DNA from: Polyangiaceae bacterium
GTDB taxonomy: Bacteria > Myxococcota_A > Polyangia > Polyangiales > Polyangiaceae
Length of the DNA stretch: 60,371 bases
Assembly: GCA_050287085.1 (NCBI GenBank)
Contig: JBNKBE010000030.1
Location: 1-60,371, forward strand
Direction: 5' to 3'
The position numbers and the translations under genes were made by a program. The notes beneath the pieces are model-generated. The model searched no databases and was not told the origin of the DNA. It saw only the letters and a list, made by a program, of their open reading frames with translations. Within the stretch, counting starts at the first letter, position 1. Every line of letters begins with the position of its first letter. Shown one piece after another: positions 38,550 through 47,045 of this stretch.

Positions 38550-39185
38550 ATGTTTTACGGCCTCAGCCACGTTGATGTTCCCGTGCGCGATCTAGAGCGC
38601 GCATTGTCTGTTTATCGGGACGGGTTGGGCTTTCCTGTCGCGCGTCAGGGTGAAGGTTGGGTGGAGCTGAGCGCTGCTACCGCGGGGATTCGATTGGTGC
38701 AGAGCGCGTCGCCGGAGCGGCGAGCGTCGCTACGAATCGAGGCTCCCGATGTCGAGCAGGGGGCCAAGCTTCTGGAGCAATCAGGGGCCAAGCTAGTGTA
38801 TCCGCCTACGCGGACGTCCATGATGACTTTAGAGGTGGTCCTGCACGATCCGGACGGCAATGTGCTGACCGTGTGGCGTGCCCTGAGTGAAGACGAATAC
38901 GGCTTCGATCCAGAGCTGCCAACGGAAGCCGGGTGGGAGCCAGACGCGGAGGCGCTACTGAAGTCGCTGCTTCACGCGGTACCTGCGTTGTTTCGCGGTT
39001 TAGCGCGTCGCAAGGTCGTCAAAGAGGCGGAAGCGCGCGCCGGTGCGAGCGGGCGCATAACGCGTGACTTGATGATTCGTTCTTTCATCAGCGCCCAGTC
39101 GCCGCCCAACCGCGGTCGCCTGCTTGCCCCCTTGCGCGCGCACGGCATCGATCCTGGAAAGTACGAAGATGAGTTTCAAAGCTAA
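38550..39185 (+). CDS. VOC/glyoxalase domain fused to a DUF2621/PCP_red-like helical domain
   Basis: LSHVDVPVRDLERA..YRDGLGF and DPDGNVL; C-terminal WEPDAEALL..VPALFRGLAR. Confidence 0.75.
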   Translation: MFYGLSHVDVPVRDLERALSVYRDGLGFPVARQGEGWVELSAATAGIRLVQSASPERRASLRIEAPDVEQGAKLLEQSGAKLVYPPTRTSMMTLEVVLHDPDGNVLTVWRALSEDEYGFDPELPTEAGWEPDAEALLKSLLHAVPALFRGLARRKVVKEAEARAGASGRITRDLMIRSFISAQSPPNRGRLLAPLRAHGIDPGKYEDEFQS

Positions 39186-39338
39186 GGGTCGTTCCTATAG
39201 ACATCCAAGACCTCCGGCCTGGTGCAGCTCAGGCGGCCCGCTGGAGACAGCGCCGCGGACGGACATCGATACGAGTGCTGTCGGGGGAGCGTGGAAAGGC
39301 CTTGTGAGTTCATCCTTGCGCAGTGGCGCTTCGACAGC

Positions 39339-40796
39339 CTATGAGAGCGCCATGAGCCGCAGACGAACGTCGGCGATGAGGTTCTCCAGTAGATCCCCGG
39401 AGCTCGCTTCGCCCAACTCATTCAAAACGGCCTGAACCAGGGGCTGGCTTAGGAACGTGTCGGTGTCCGACCAGAGCGCGGCCTTCTGCATACGGCTGCG
39501 CGCGTGGTTCATGAGGTCGGGCGTGGGCTCGTTGTGGGCAATGTCGTTACGAAGCTCGCGGATGCGGCCCCCGAGCGCGACATCGAACTTCTTCAACGCG
39601 TCACTCTGGAGGAAGTACTGGGCGATGCGCGCACCGGGACCGCCGTCGCCGTCGTAAACCCAGTACCAATCGATGCCGTCGATCGTCTCTTTCAACTCGA
39701 ACGGCCGCTTCCGATCGTCGTCGGAGCCATCACCTTTTCTGAGGAGCTTGTCGCCCGTCGGCGCTTCGCCGCTCTTGACCTTGAAGCACCGGCGCTTGTT
39801 CGGGTCGGAGGAGCGCTCGATGCGCTTGCCGAGCCTGTCCCAGAGCGCGGCTTCGAAGAACGCCACGCTGCCGTGAACCGCTCTCGGAATGTCGCCCGCG
39901 CGAAGCGCCAGCTCAACGCGCAGCCCGGCCCGCACCGCCATGCGGCGGTGGTTCAAAACCGCAAGATCGCAGGCCGTCGGCAGGGGCAGCGATGAGGCAA
40001 AGCACGCCAGCCATTCGATGACCTGCGTCCACTCCTGGCCAGGCGCGCCTTCGAGATGGCTGACGGCACCCCACGCGCCGAGGAGGTTGCCCTTCTCGAC
40101 GAGCGAGAGGGCATGCCAGCGTGCGCGGTACGCAGCGGCTGGGTGGAACTTCTCTTCGACAGCTCGATCGTCTTGATTGGCGCGATTGCCATCGGGCACC
40201 TCGAGCGCCGTGACCCTCGGCCCGCCGACGCAGTGCAGCCGCACCAGCTCGTTGATCAGCTCATTGGCTGCCGCCAGGCCGCCCGTCGTTGCCACGAACA
40301 CGCGGTCATTTGGTTTCAGGCCATATGTGGCGCGGCCAACAGCTTTTGAGAGCATGGAGACCACCGAGCGCCGAACGACCGCGTCGACCTCGTTCGACGG
40401 ATCTTCGAGCTGCTCGTCTCCTGTCAGAAACGCTACACGCGTCACGTTCTCTACGCCGCGATCGCGAAGTCGGCACTCCATCACCTCGCCCGCGAAGCGC
40501 GGATCCCGAGCATCCTGCCGCCTAGTCTCGAGAATGAGTACCGACGTTGGCAGTGAGAGGGCGAAGTGCGCGAGTAGGGCATCGAGCTTCGGCGTGCAGA
40601 GAGGCAGGTCGCCCTCGGGAAACACCTTGATGAGGTCTCGACTCCTGCCCTTCGGAGCGTCGACCACCGACCACGAGCGCTCCTTGATCGCGTCGTGCAG
40701 CGTGCCGCAGGTGTTGCCGTCCAGCTTGTGCCGCCGTTCGTTCACAACGAGCTGCACGTCGGTTTGGCCCACCGTCACCACGAGCAGCTTGGTCAT
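39339..40796 (-). CDS. CARF-HEPN ancillary ribonuclease (Csm6/Csx1-like, divergent)
   Basis: CARF-like motif I LVVTVGQTD and motif II VFVATTGG; HEPN RxxxxH motif LRNDIAHN; ATGA overlap with the upstream cas7 gene. Confidence 0.75.
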   Translation of the reverse strand: MTKLLVVTVGQTDVQLVVNERRHKLDGNTCGTLHDAIKERSWSVVDAPKGRSRDLIKVFPEGDLPLCTPKLDALLAHFALSLPTSVLILETRRQDARDPRFAGEVMECRLRDRGVENVTRVAFLTGDEQLEDPSNEVDAVVRRSVVSMLSKAVGRATYGLKPNDRVFVATTGGLAAANELINELVRLHCVGGPRVTALEVPDGNRANQDDRAVEEKFHPAAAYRARWHALSLVEKGNLLGAWGAVSHLEGAPGQEWTQVIEWLACFASSLPLPTACDLAVLNHRRMAVRAGLRVELALRAGDIPRAVHGSVAFFEAALWDRLGKRIERSSDPNKRRCFKVKSGEAPTGDKLLRKGDGSDDDRKRPFELKETIDGIDWYWVYDGDGGPGARIAQYFLQSDALKKFDVALGGRIRELRNDIAHNEPTPDLMNHARSRMQKAALWSDTDTFLSQPLVQAVLNELGEASSGDLLENLIADVRLRLMALS

Positions 40797-43126
40797 GATG
40801 ACCTGCCGTTCTTGTAACGGCGGTTGCGCGAGTGCTCGGCGCGCAGCGTGGTGTGGAAGGTGTAGATGTGCCTCTCGCCGTTTCTGTCGGCCTGTTGCGG
40901 ACGCGGGTAGTCCGCCGCCTTCGGGTGGTTGCGACGATGGATGGCGAGCCATTCGTCCTGCGTCGCGGTCGTCTGGTGGTGCGTTGTCGCCCAGCCCACG
41001 AGGTCAGTCTCGGACTTGAGCATCGGCGCGTCACCAGCCTCATCGAGCAGTAGGAGCGCCTTCGCCTCGATGCGCACGCTGCCCCAGCCGAGTGGGCGTG
41101 CGTAACCGAGCTTCGAGCAGTAGCCATCGGTGTGCGTGCCACCGAGCGCACTCTTGAACTGGTCTGGGCAGAACGCGACAACGATCGCCGCCAGCTCGGC
41201 GGCGTCGAGATCGCGGAAGCGCACGGTGAATCGGAACTTGCGCCCAGGCTTCGACGCCTCGAGCGCGAGCGTGCTCCGGTCGTTTTGCCTGTTCGCATCG
41301 GAGGCGTCCTCGGCCTGCGCGCCCTCGCGATCGAGGTAGAACTTTCGCCCCGCCAGCTCGCCGGGCGCGTCGTAACCAGTGGCGTCGCCGTAGGTCACGA
41401 GCGTGGCCTTGTCCGAGGGCCGCGACCGCGGATGGTGCGGCTGCTTCAGGTAGTGTTCGACCGCGCTAGGTCGGGGCATGCCGAGTTCTTTGAGGAAGGT
41501 CGGCTTCAGGAAGCGGTGGTCATCACTGTCGCTCTCTTCGACGACCTCGAGGCCAGCATTGACGAATACGCGGCCCATGAGCTGCGCGTGGTCGTTCTCG
41601 CCGATGCCCGCGCTGCCCTCGTTGTCGCCGGTGTAGCCGAGGAGTCGCCGTACCGGTGACAGCTCCTTCGGTGCGCCATTTCCGCCCTTCTCGCGCTCAT
41701 TGTCGAGCTCATTGTCGAGCTCATTGTCGAGCTCATTGTCGAGCGGGAAGAGTCCGTGCCGTTCGTAGCCGCCCCCGCGTCGACGGACCGAGTCCGTGTA
41801 CGCCCAGCGGTAGTAGTAGTGCCAACCGAGCGATACGATGCACTTCTTCTCGATGTCCCACTCGACCCAGATCAGATCGCCGGGCTGGAAGACCTCGTCC
41901 TTCGCGGCCTTGAGGATTCGGTTTCGCGCGGCATCACCCTTCACGGTGTTGGGCACATCGGGATGCCGCTCGGAGAAGTGGCCGTGGTCGAGATCCGTGA
42001 GGTGCAGAACCGTTGCAAGGTAGCCGTCCTGAACCGCCTGCGAGAGAGTCGCCGTATCCGTCGGTTGACTCGGGTTTGCAGTGAGCCGCGTGTGGAGGTT
42101 GCGCTTGGAGTTGAGTCTCTCGCCCGCGCCTTGACCGCCTCGATATGCGGCACCGTTGCCGTCGTCGAAGCGGTAATAGTTCGCGTTCTGCTCCCGCCTC
42201 CTGTCGTAGCGAAGGTTCGTGGGCAGCAGCTCAAGCTTCGTCGGTACACGAATCTGGTTCGTGCCATCGATCGCCTTCAGCTCGACGCCGTCGTTCGGCA
42301 CGCGAGCGATGCGCGCGACGAGCTTCGGGTTCGGCTGGTTCGGAAAGAGCGCGTTCGGGCGGTACGAGTACGAACGCTCGGCGACGCGCTCCATCGGCGC
42401 GCCAAGCAGCGCGCCCAGCTCGTGGCGAAGCAGCCCCTTCAGCGAACCGCCGGGGATGATGACCGGCCGCTTCCTCCACGGCGCACGCAGTGGGCAGAGC
42501 ACCGACTTCTTGTTGGCGATTTGCCCAACGCCCGCGACGTTGGCGGGGACGGGCCAGTCGCTCTCGTTCTCTCCGACCTGTCCACGTTCCCAGCCGACGA
42601 GGAGCGGCGTGAGCGCCTCGAGCTCGAAGCGGATCTCGCCAGAGAGGCGGCCCGCGCTGCTCGTTCCGTCGTGCCAGATGGGAGCTGAGGTCGTCAGGTG
42701 CGTCGGGAGCGCGACGAAGCCGTAGGGCTTGCCGGGGAGCGGCTGCGCGTTGTTTTCCGGGGCTGCCTGTCGCCCCTGTTGCGGGCGGTGTCCACGACCG
42801 CGCGGAGCCTGGCCACTTCGTTGTTGCTGGAATCCCCCCTGTCGAGGTTGCTGCGCGGGTTTCGGCGCGGCGGTGGCTGCGATGCTCGTATCGCCGCCGT
42901 CGATCACTTCGAGCCCAGCGCCGTGCAGCTTCTCCCGCACCTGCTCAATGTGCGTGGGCTTGGCCGCGCAGATGACAAACTCGCTGGCCACGCTGGCTGC
43001 GACGATGTCAAGGTGTGGCATCCCGAGTTGGTTACTCTTCAGCCTGTTGATCGCGCCCCGGTCGCGCGGCTTGTCGTCGAGCGTACGGACGCGGATGCGG
43101 TGTTGCTTGTCGGGCTTGCCAGGCAT
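40793..43126 (-). CDS. Type III-D Cas7 with large insertion (TIGR03986-like RAMP) and an extra N-terminal domain
   Basis: PYGFV, SGEIRFELEALTPLLVG, IIPGGSLKG.LR, RLLGY, GRV, LGMPRP, GRKFY, FRFTVRF, G-loop KLGYARPLGWGSV. Confidence 0.85.
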   Translation of the reverse strand: MPGKPDKQHRIRVRTLDDKPRDRGAINRLKSNQLGMPHLDIVAASVASEFVICAAKPTHIEQVREKLHGAGLEVIDGGDTSIAATAAPKPAQQPRQGGFQQQRSGQAPRGRGHRPQQGRQAAPENNAQPLPGKPYGFVALPTHLTTSAPIWHDGTSSAGRLSGEIRFELEALTPLLVGWERGQVGENESDWPVPANVAGVGQIANKKSVLCPLRAPWRKRPVIIPGGSLKGLLRHELGALLGAPMERVAERSYSYRPNALFPNQPNPKLVARIARVPNDGVELKAIDGTNQIRVPTKLELLPTNLRYDRRREQNANYYRFDDGNGAAYRGGQGAGERLNSKRNLHTRLTANPSQPTDTATLSQAVQDGYLATVLHLTDLDHGHFSERHPDVPNTVKGDAARNRILKAAKDEVFQPGDLIWVEWDIEKKCIVSLGWHYYYRWAYTDSVRRRGGGYERHGLFPLDNELDNELDNELDNEREKGGNGAPKELSPVRRLLGYTGDNEGSAGIGENDHAQLMGRVFVNAGLEVVEESDSDDHRFLKPTFLKELGMPRPSAVEHYLKQPHHPRSRPSDKATLVTYGDATGYDAPGELAGRKFYLDREGAQAEDASDANRQNDRSTLALEASKPGRKFRFTVRFRDLDAAELAAIVVAFCPDQFKSALGGTHTDGYCSKLGYARPLGWGSVRIEAKALLLLDEAGDAPMLKSETDLVGWATTHHQTTATQDEWLAIHRRNHPKAADYPRPQQADRNGERHIYTFHTTLRAEHSRNRRYKNGRSS
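41695..41742. repeat. Perfect 12-bp tandem repeat x4 (encodes LDNE x4)
   Basis: GCTCATTGTCGA four times, in frame inside the Cas7-insertion gene. Confidence 0.95.
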
Positions 43127-45039
43127 CAGCGCTGCTCCTGGGTGAGGGTGAAGCCGAGGATTTCGCCGCCGACGTACCACTCGCGCAGAACCACGTTGCC
43201 CTGGCCGGTGCTAGCCGAGGAGAAGCGGGAAGAGCCGTGCAAGCGCGCGGGCGTGTGGACAACGCGAGTCTGTTTGGCGTCGTCCACCTTCGCGTCGACC
43301 TCTTTGATGACGATGAAGCGCCCACTACTCACAGTGCGGACGGCGCGCCAGACAGCGCGTTCGGCGTAGAACGCGATCTCGTCGACCTGGAGCTTGTCGT
43401 CTTCAGTCGGCCACTCACGCCCGAACGTCGCGGGCGGCGTATGCAAGTTGAGGTCGATGCTCGGATCGCACCACCACGCGACGAGCTTCTCACCAAGTGC
43501 CCACTTCGCCAGCTTCGCGGCCGCTCCGAGCGTGAGGGGCTCCGCGATCGTTCCGGTCGTCGTCTGAACCCAGGCGTCGGCGGCGGCGGGGCGGTCAAGG
43601 AAGGTGCGCTTCGCCTTCGAGGCGTTCGCAGCCTCTGACTGGGACTCCTTCGGCTGCACCCACGTCCGCGAGGACTTCGTCACGTCATCGTTGACCCACG
43701 GCTGCGCCCGCCAGTGGCCCGCGCCCGCACCGCGCGTCTTGTGACCGCCGATGGGCAAATGCCCAAGTGCACCAAGCGCGACCTGTCGATCAATGAGTTT
43801 GACGAGCTGCTCGACTTCCTCTGGCTTGCTGCCGTCGCCCTCGACGACAATGCGCACCGGGAACGTGCCCCGAAGCATGCGTACCGCGTCGCGCTTGGCG
43901 CTGCCGTAGGAGCCCGCCGAAAACTCGTCCTCGGCGTGCATGTGCAGCTTCGCGGCCACCCATTCGCCCACGGCGCGCGCGTCGCGAATCAGGATGCGGC
44001 TGCTCTTGCTGACGGTGCCGAAGGCTTGGCCTGCGACATCGTCCGCTCCGACATCGCCCTGCATGAGGTGGGGGTCCTTCACGTCGTGGCCTGCCGCGCG
44101 CTCCCTACGCGAGAAGGCATGACGGATCGGCCCGCGCACGCTCGCGCCGGGGAGCAGCGGGCGCTCCTTGCCTTTGGCGCCTTCCATCACCAACGCTCGA
44201 TCGGTGCTCAGTTCATCGGGCGTCGGCGATTCGGTTGCCCATACGGGCTTGGCCCAGTTACCATCACCCGTCGGCTGCACCGTGCGCTCGCTGGCATGCG
44301 CACCCACGGCGAACATGTCGAGCCCCCACGCCGCTTCGCCGGGGTCGGGCTTGTACTCACCGAATGAGACGTTCACGTCGAGCGTGCGGAAGCACCACGA
44401 GCGCGTCGGCGAGACGACCGGCGCGGCATCCAGCGCAGTCGAAAGCGTTCCTCGCCGAGACTTCACCCACGCCTCGTAGGCCGCCTCGTCGAAGCGGTAC
44501 GCTCTTAAATTCTCGATATGGCACCAGCCGAGTCCACGCGCGGCACCCCCGCCGAGCCAGCAGCGCCCCTTGGTCCAGTGCTCGGCGAGCACGTAGCCGA
44601 GGATGCCTTCGGCCTCGGAGAACTCGGCGTCATCGAGAGTGTAAGAGCGGTCCACACGGAAGCTCAGTTGCCAATTCGTGCCGGCGGGGATGACCTCGCG
44701 GTCGTAGAGCACGCCGCCTGCGCGCGCGCCGGTCTTGTGGCGAATACCGACGCCCGCGCGGATGAACGGGAAGCCTTTCGTCGTCGCGTCGGCGAATTCC
44801 CAGGCCGAGCGCCGCAGCGCCCCGTGCTTGATGTCGTCGGAGACTGCGCGCGGCAGCGGGTCGAACAAGCGGGTGGCCATCGCGACGGCCGCGCCCTTGA
44901 GGCCGCGCCCGACGAGCGTCGGTACGCCATCGACGAGCGCGAAGGGTTGGTCAGCGCTGGTCTCGCGATCGAGCCCGGACACCGAGAGCGCCGAGTCCTG
45001 CACGAGGGTGGCGGTGAAGAGCGTGAGCCTTGTGGTCAT
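43126..45039 (-). CDS. Cas7-Cas7 tandem RAMP with a fused C-terminal Csx19-like domain
   Basis: Two RAMP units (LVGRGLKG...G-loop LGGGAARGLG; LLPGASVRG...G-loop IGGHKTRGAG), then about 150 aa of beta-rich tail (VDEIAFYAERAVWRAVR...VVLREWY..ILGF) reminiscent of Csx19. The Csx19 call is less certain than the Cas7 calls. Confidence 0.75.
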   Translation of the reverse strand: MTTRLTLFTATLVQDSALSVSGLDRETSADQPFALVDGVPTLVGRGLKGAAVAMATRLFDPLPRAVSDDIKHGALRRSAWEFADATTKGFPFIRAGVGIRHKTGARAGGVLYDREVIPAGTNWQLSFRVDRSYTLDDAEFSEAEGILGYVLAEHWTKGRCWLGGGAARGLGWCHIENLRAYRFDEAAYEAWVKSRRGTLSTALDAAPVVSPTRSWCFRTLDVNVSFGEYKPDPGEAAWGLDMFAVGAHASERTVQPTGDGNWAKPVWATESPTPDELSTDRALVMEGAKGKERPLLPGASVRGPIRHAFSRRERAAGHDVKDPHLMQGDVGADDVAGQAFGTVSKSSRILIRDARAVGEWVAAKLHMHAEDEFSAGSYGSAKRDAVRMLRGTFPVRIVVEGDGSKPEEVEQLVKLIDRQVALGALGHLPIGGHKTRGAGAGHWRAQPWVNDDVTKSSRTWVQPKESQSEAANASKAKRTFLDRPAAADAWVQTTTGTIAEPLTLGAAAKLAKWALGEKLVAWWCDPSIDLNLHTPPATFGREWPTEDDKLQVDEIAFYAERAVWRAVRTVSSGRFIVIKEVDAKVDDAKQTRVVHTPARLHGSSRFSSASTGQGNVVLREWYVGGEILGFTLTQEQR

Positions 45040-47045
45040 CGTGCCCCCTTGCGCAGGTCTGCGCGCAGCCAGCGCACGAACACACGCGCGCAGAGTTCTT
45101 GTTGAGGCGCCTGGATCTTGTTCAGCTCGTTCAAGATCGCCTTCGCGTCCTTGTGCTTCCAGCTTTTTCCGCCCGCCGTCGTCGGGCTGAGGCGGCTCGT
45201 GAGCGCACCCTGGTTGTTGGCTTCCAGCTCGCCGACGAGATCGAGCCACTGCGAGAGGCTCGGTGGCTTCTGCCCGTTCCCATCCTTCTTGTCGGGCTTT
45301 GCCAGCGCGTCGTGTTGCCCGAACCATTTCCGGGTCGTCTTTGCGATGGCTTCCTCCGCGACGTCAGCGACAGGCATAGGTGGGCTGCTCGTGCCGACCT
45401 CCCTCGTCACACCGGGCAACACCGCGTCGAGGCGGAAACGCCCAAAACCCTCGTGCGTGCGCTCGCCGAGCCACTCATGCTTGGCCGCGCGCGCCGCCAG
45501 CCTAGCGACTCCCGCGCCTGATATCTCGAAGACCGAGCCTCGACGGATGGCTGCCGCAGGCATCCGCCACAGGCGGGAGGTGCCGTTGAAGCCGTGGACC
45601 ATAACATTGTCTTGCAGAGACTTGCCCAGCTGAACACTCTCGCCGAGTAGTGCCGTCAGTGCCTCCACATCGAGCGCGGTGCGCCAGCGCAGGTAGTCAT
45701 CCCGCACGAGTAGGTCGGAAGTGAGCGTGAGCAGCGCGGTGCTGTTTGTCGTCGTTGCTGCTGGGGCGCTAGCCCACGCAAGCTGCGCGACCTCGACCGG
45801 CGCCCCGGCGCGCCCAACACGTAGCCAGCGGCGACCTCCGAGCACGGGGCCAAGCTTCTCCGCGAGCTTCTTCAGGTCGTCAGGAGAGCCAGCTAGCTCG
45901 GCGAGGAAATGCGTTTCTTCAACAATCTGCTCGATGGCGAAGAGTGAGGCGTCAGCCTGCTTTGGATCGGGCCTGCCGTTGCGCAGGCGCACCCGGCGTG
46001 CAGGGCGGAACGACAACCACTCCGGGTTTGCGGCCTCGCGGAATACGAAGAGGTCGTCCTCGGGGCGCTTGAGCTTCTCTTGCACGCTCCATGCATCCAC
46101 TCGTTTCGTGGGTTTGGTCGCCAGCGCCCACCAGGGCACGTCACCGGCCGCGCCCTTCGGCTTCTCGCTCTGCAGCGAGAGCGGTGCAGGCAACACCTCA
46201 ACGCCTTCGAGCTTCGAAGGCGCATGCGGCAGTGGCAGTGCATCGCTCACGGAGACCTTCCCCGACGTGAGCAGCGAGGCTGTTGCCCGATCGCCCTCGG
46301 AGATGAGCCAGCCGGCGACGGCACCGAGTAGCGTGCGGCCCGGCACGAAAGCAAGGCTCGGGACCAGGTTGTCAGGTGTCGCCGTTGCGGTGATGCAGAG
46401 CGGATCCCGGTTCTTGAGCAGCAGCAGCAGGTGGCCCGTTGGGGCACCGATCTTCTTGGGTGTGCTCGCGACGTCCGATAGGGCGAGCGTCACCCGGCCC
46501 GCGCCGGCGGCGCGACCGCCGCCGAGGGCATCGACCTCCAGCACGAGCCGCTTCAGCGTGTCGAGCTGGCTCGCGGGCAGCTCAATCTCGCCGACTAGCT
46601 TCGTCCCCTTCGGCACGTACTCGATGACCCGCAGCGTGTCGTCCTTCGGCGCGCGGTTATCGAAAGCCTCGCGCGCGGTGGAGCGCCAGATGTGGGTTTC
46701 GGGGCTGTCGTTCGCGTAGAGCGACGTGAAGACGGCGCGTTGCTGCTCGCTCCCTGCGCGACCGAAGAACGCGCCGTCATCACGGCCCAGCCTGCGAGCA
46801 GCGTCACGCAGCACGCCCTCGAGGTGCGAGGCCCAGATGACGGGGCGATCTCGTCGATCACGCGCGATGAGCGCGTCGATGCCACCACCACCCGAGCCCG
46901 ACCCGAGGTGTGCATCCGAGGTGAACTGGGCGGTCAGCGTGCGACGTACCCAGCCGGTCCCGCTCTGCGCTGTACCGACGTCAGAACCGGTGGGCTCAGG
47001 AGCAGGGGGCCGCTTCGGGAAGTGCGCCTTGCTCTTCCTAGACAT
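45036..47045 (-). CDS. Cas7-Cas5(Csx10)-Cas11 fusion
   Basis: SDAHLGSG..IDALIARD..PVIWASHLEGVLR and G-loop LGGGRAAGAG (Cas7); FVPGRTLLGA, LTSDLLVRD, RGSVF and LGERTHEGFGRF (Cas5/Csx10); helical tail PSLSQW..L..W (Cas11-like). Confidence 0.8.
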   Translation of the reverse strand: MSRKSKAHFPKRPPAPEPTGSDVGTAQSGTGWVRRTLTAQFTSDAHLGSGSGGGGIDALIARDRRDRPVIWASHLEGVLRDAARRLGRDDGAFFGRAGSEQQRAVFTSLYANDSPETHIWRSTAREAFDNRAPKDDTLRVIEYVPKGTKLVGEIELPASQLDTLKRLVLEVDALGGGRAAGAGRVTLALSDVASTPKKIGAPTGHLLLLLKNRDPLCITATATPDNLVPSLAFVPGRTLLGAVAGWLISEGDRATASLLTSGKVSVSDALPLPHAPSKLEGVEVLPAPLSLQSEKPKGAAGDVPWWALATKPTKRVDAWSVQEKLKRPEDDLFVFREAANPEWLSFRPARRVRLRNGRPDPKQADASLFAIEQIVEETHFLAELAGSPDDLKKLAEKLGPVLGGRRWLRVGRAGAPVEVAQLAWASAPAATTTNSTALLTLTSDLLVRDDYLRWRTALDVEALTALLGESVQLGKSLQDNVMVHGFNGTSRLWRMPAAAIRRGSVFEISGAGVARLAARAAKHEWLGERTHEGFGRFRLDAVLPGVTREVGTSSPPMPVADVAEEAIAKTTRKWFGQHDALAKPDKKDGNGQKPPSLSQWLDLVGELEANNQGALTSRLSPTTAGGKSWKHKDAKAILNELNKIQAPQQELCARVFVRWLRADLRKGAR

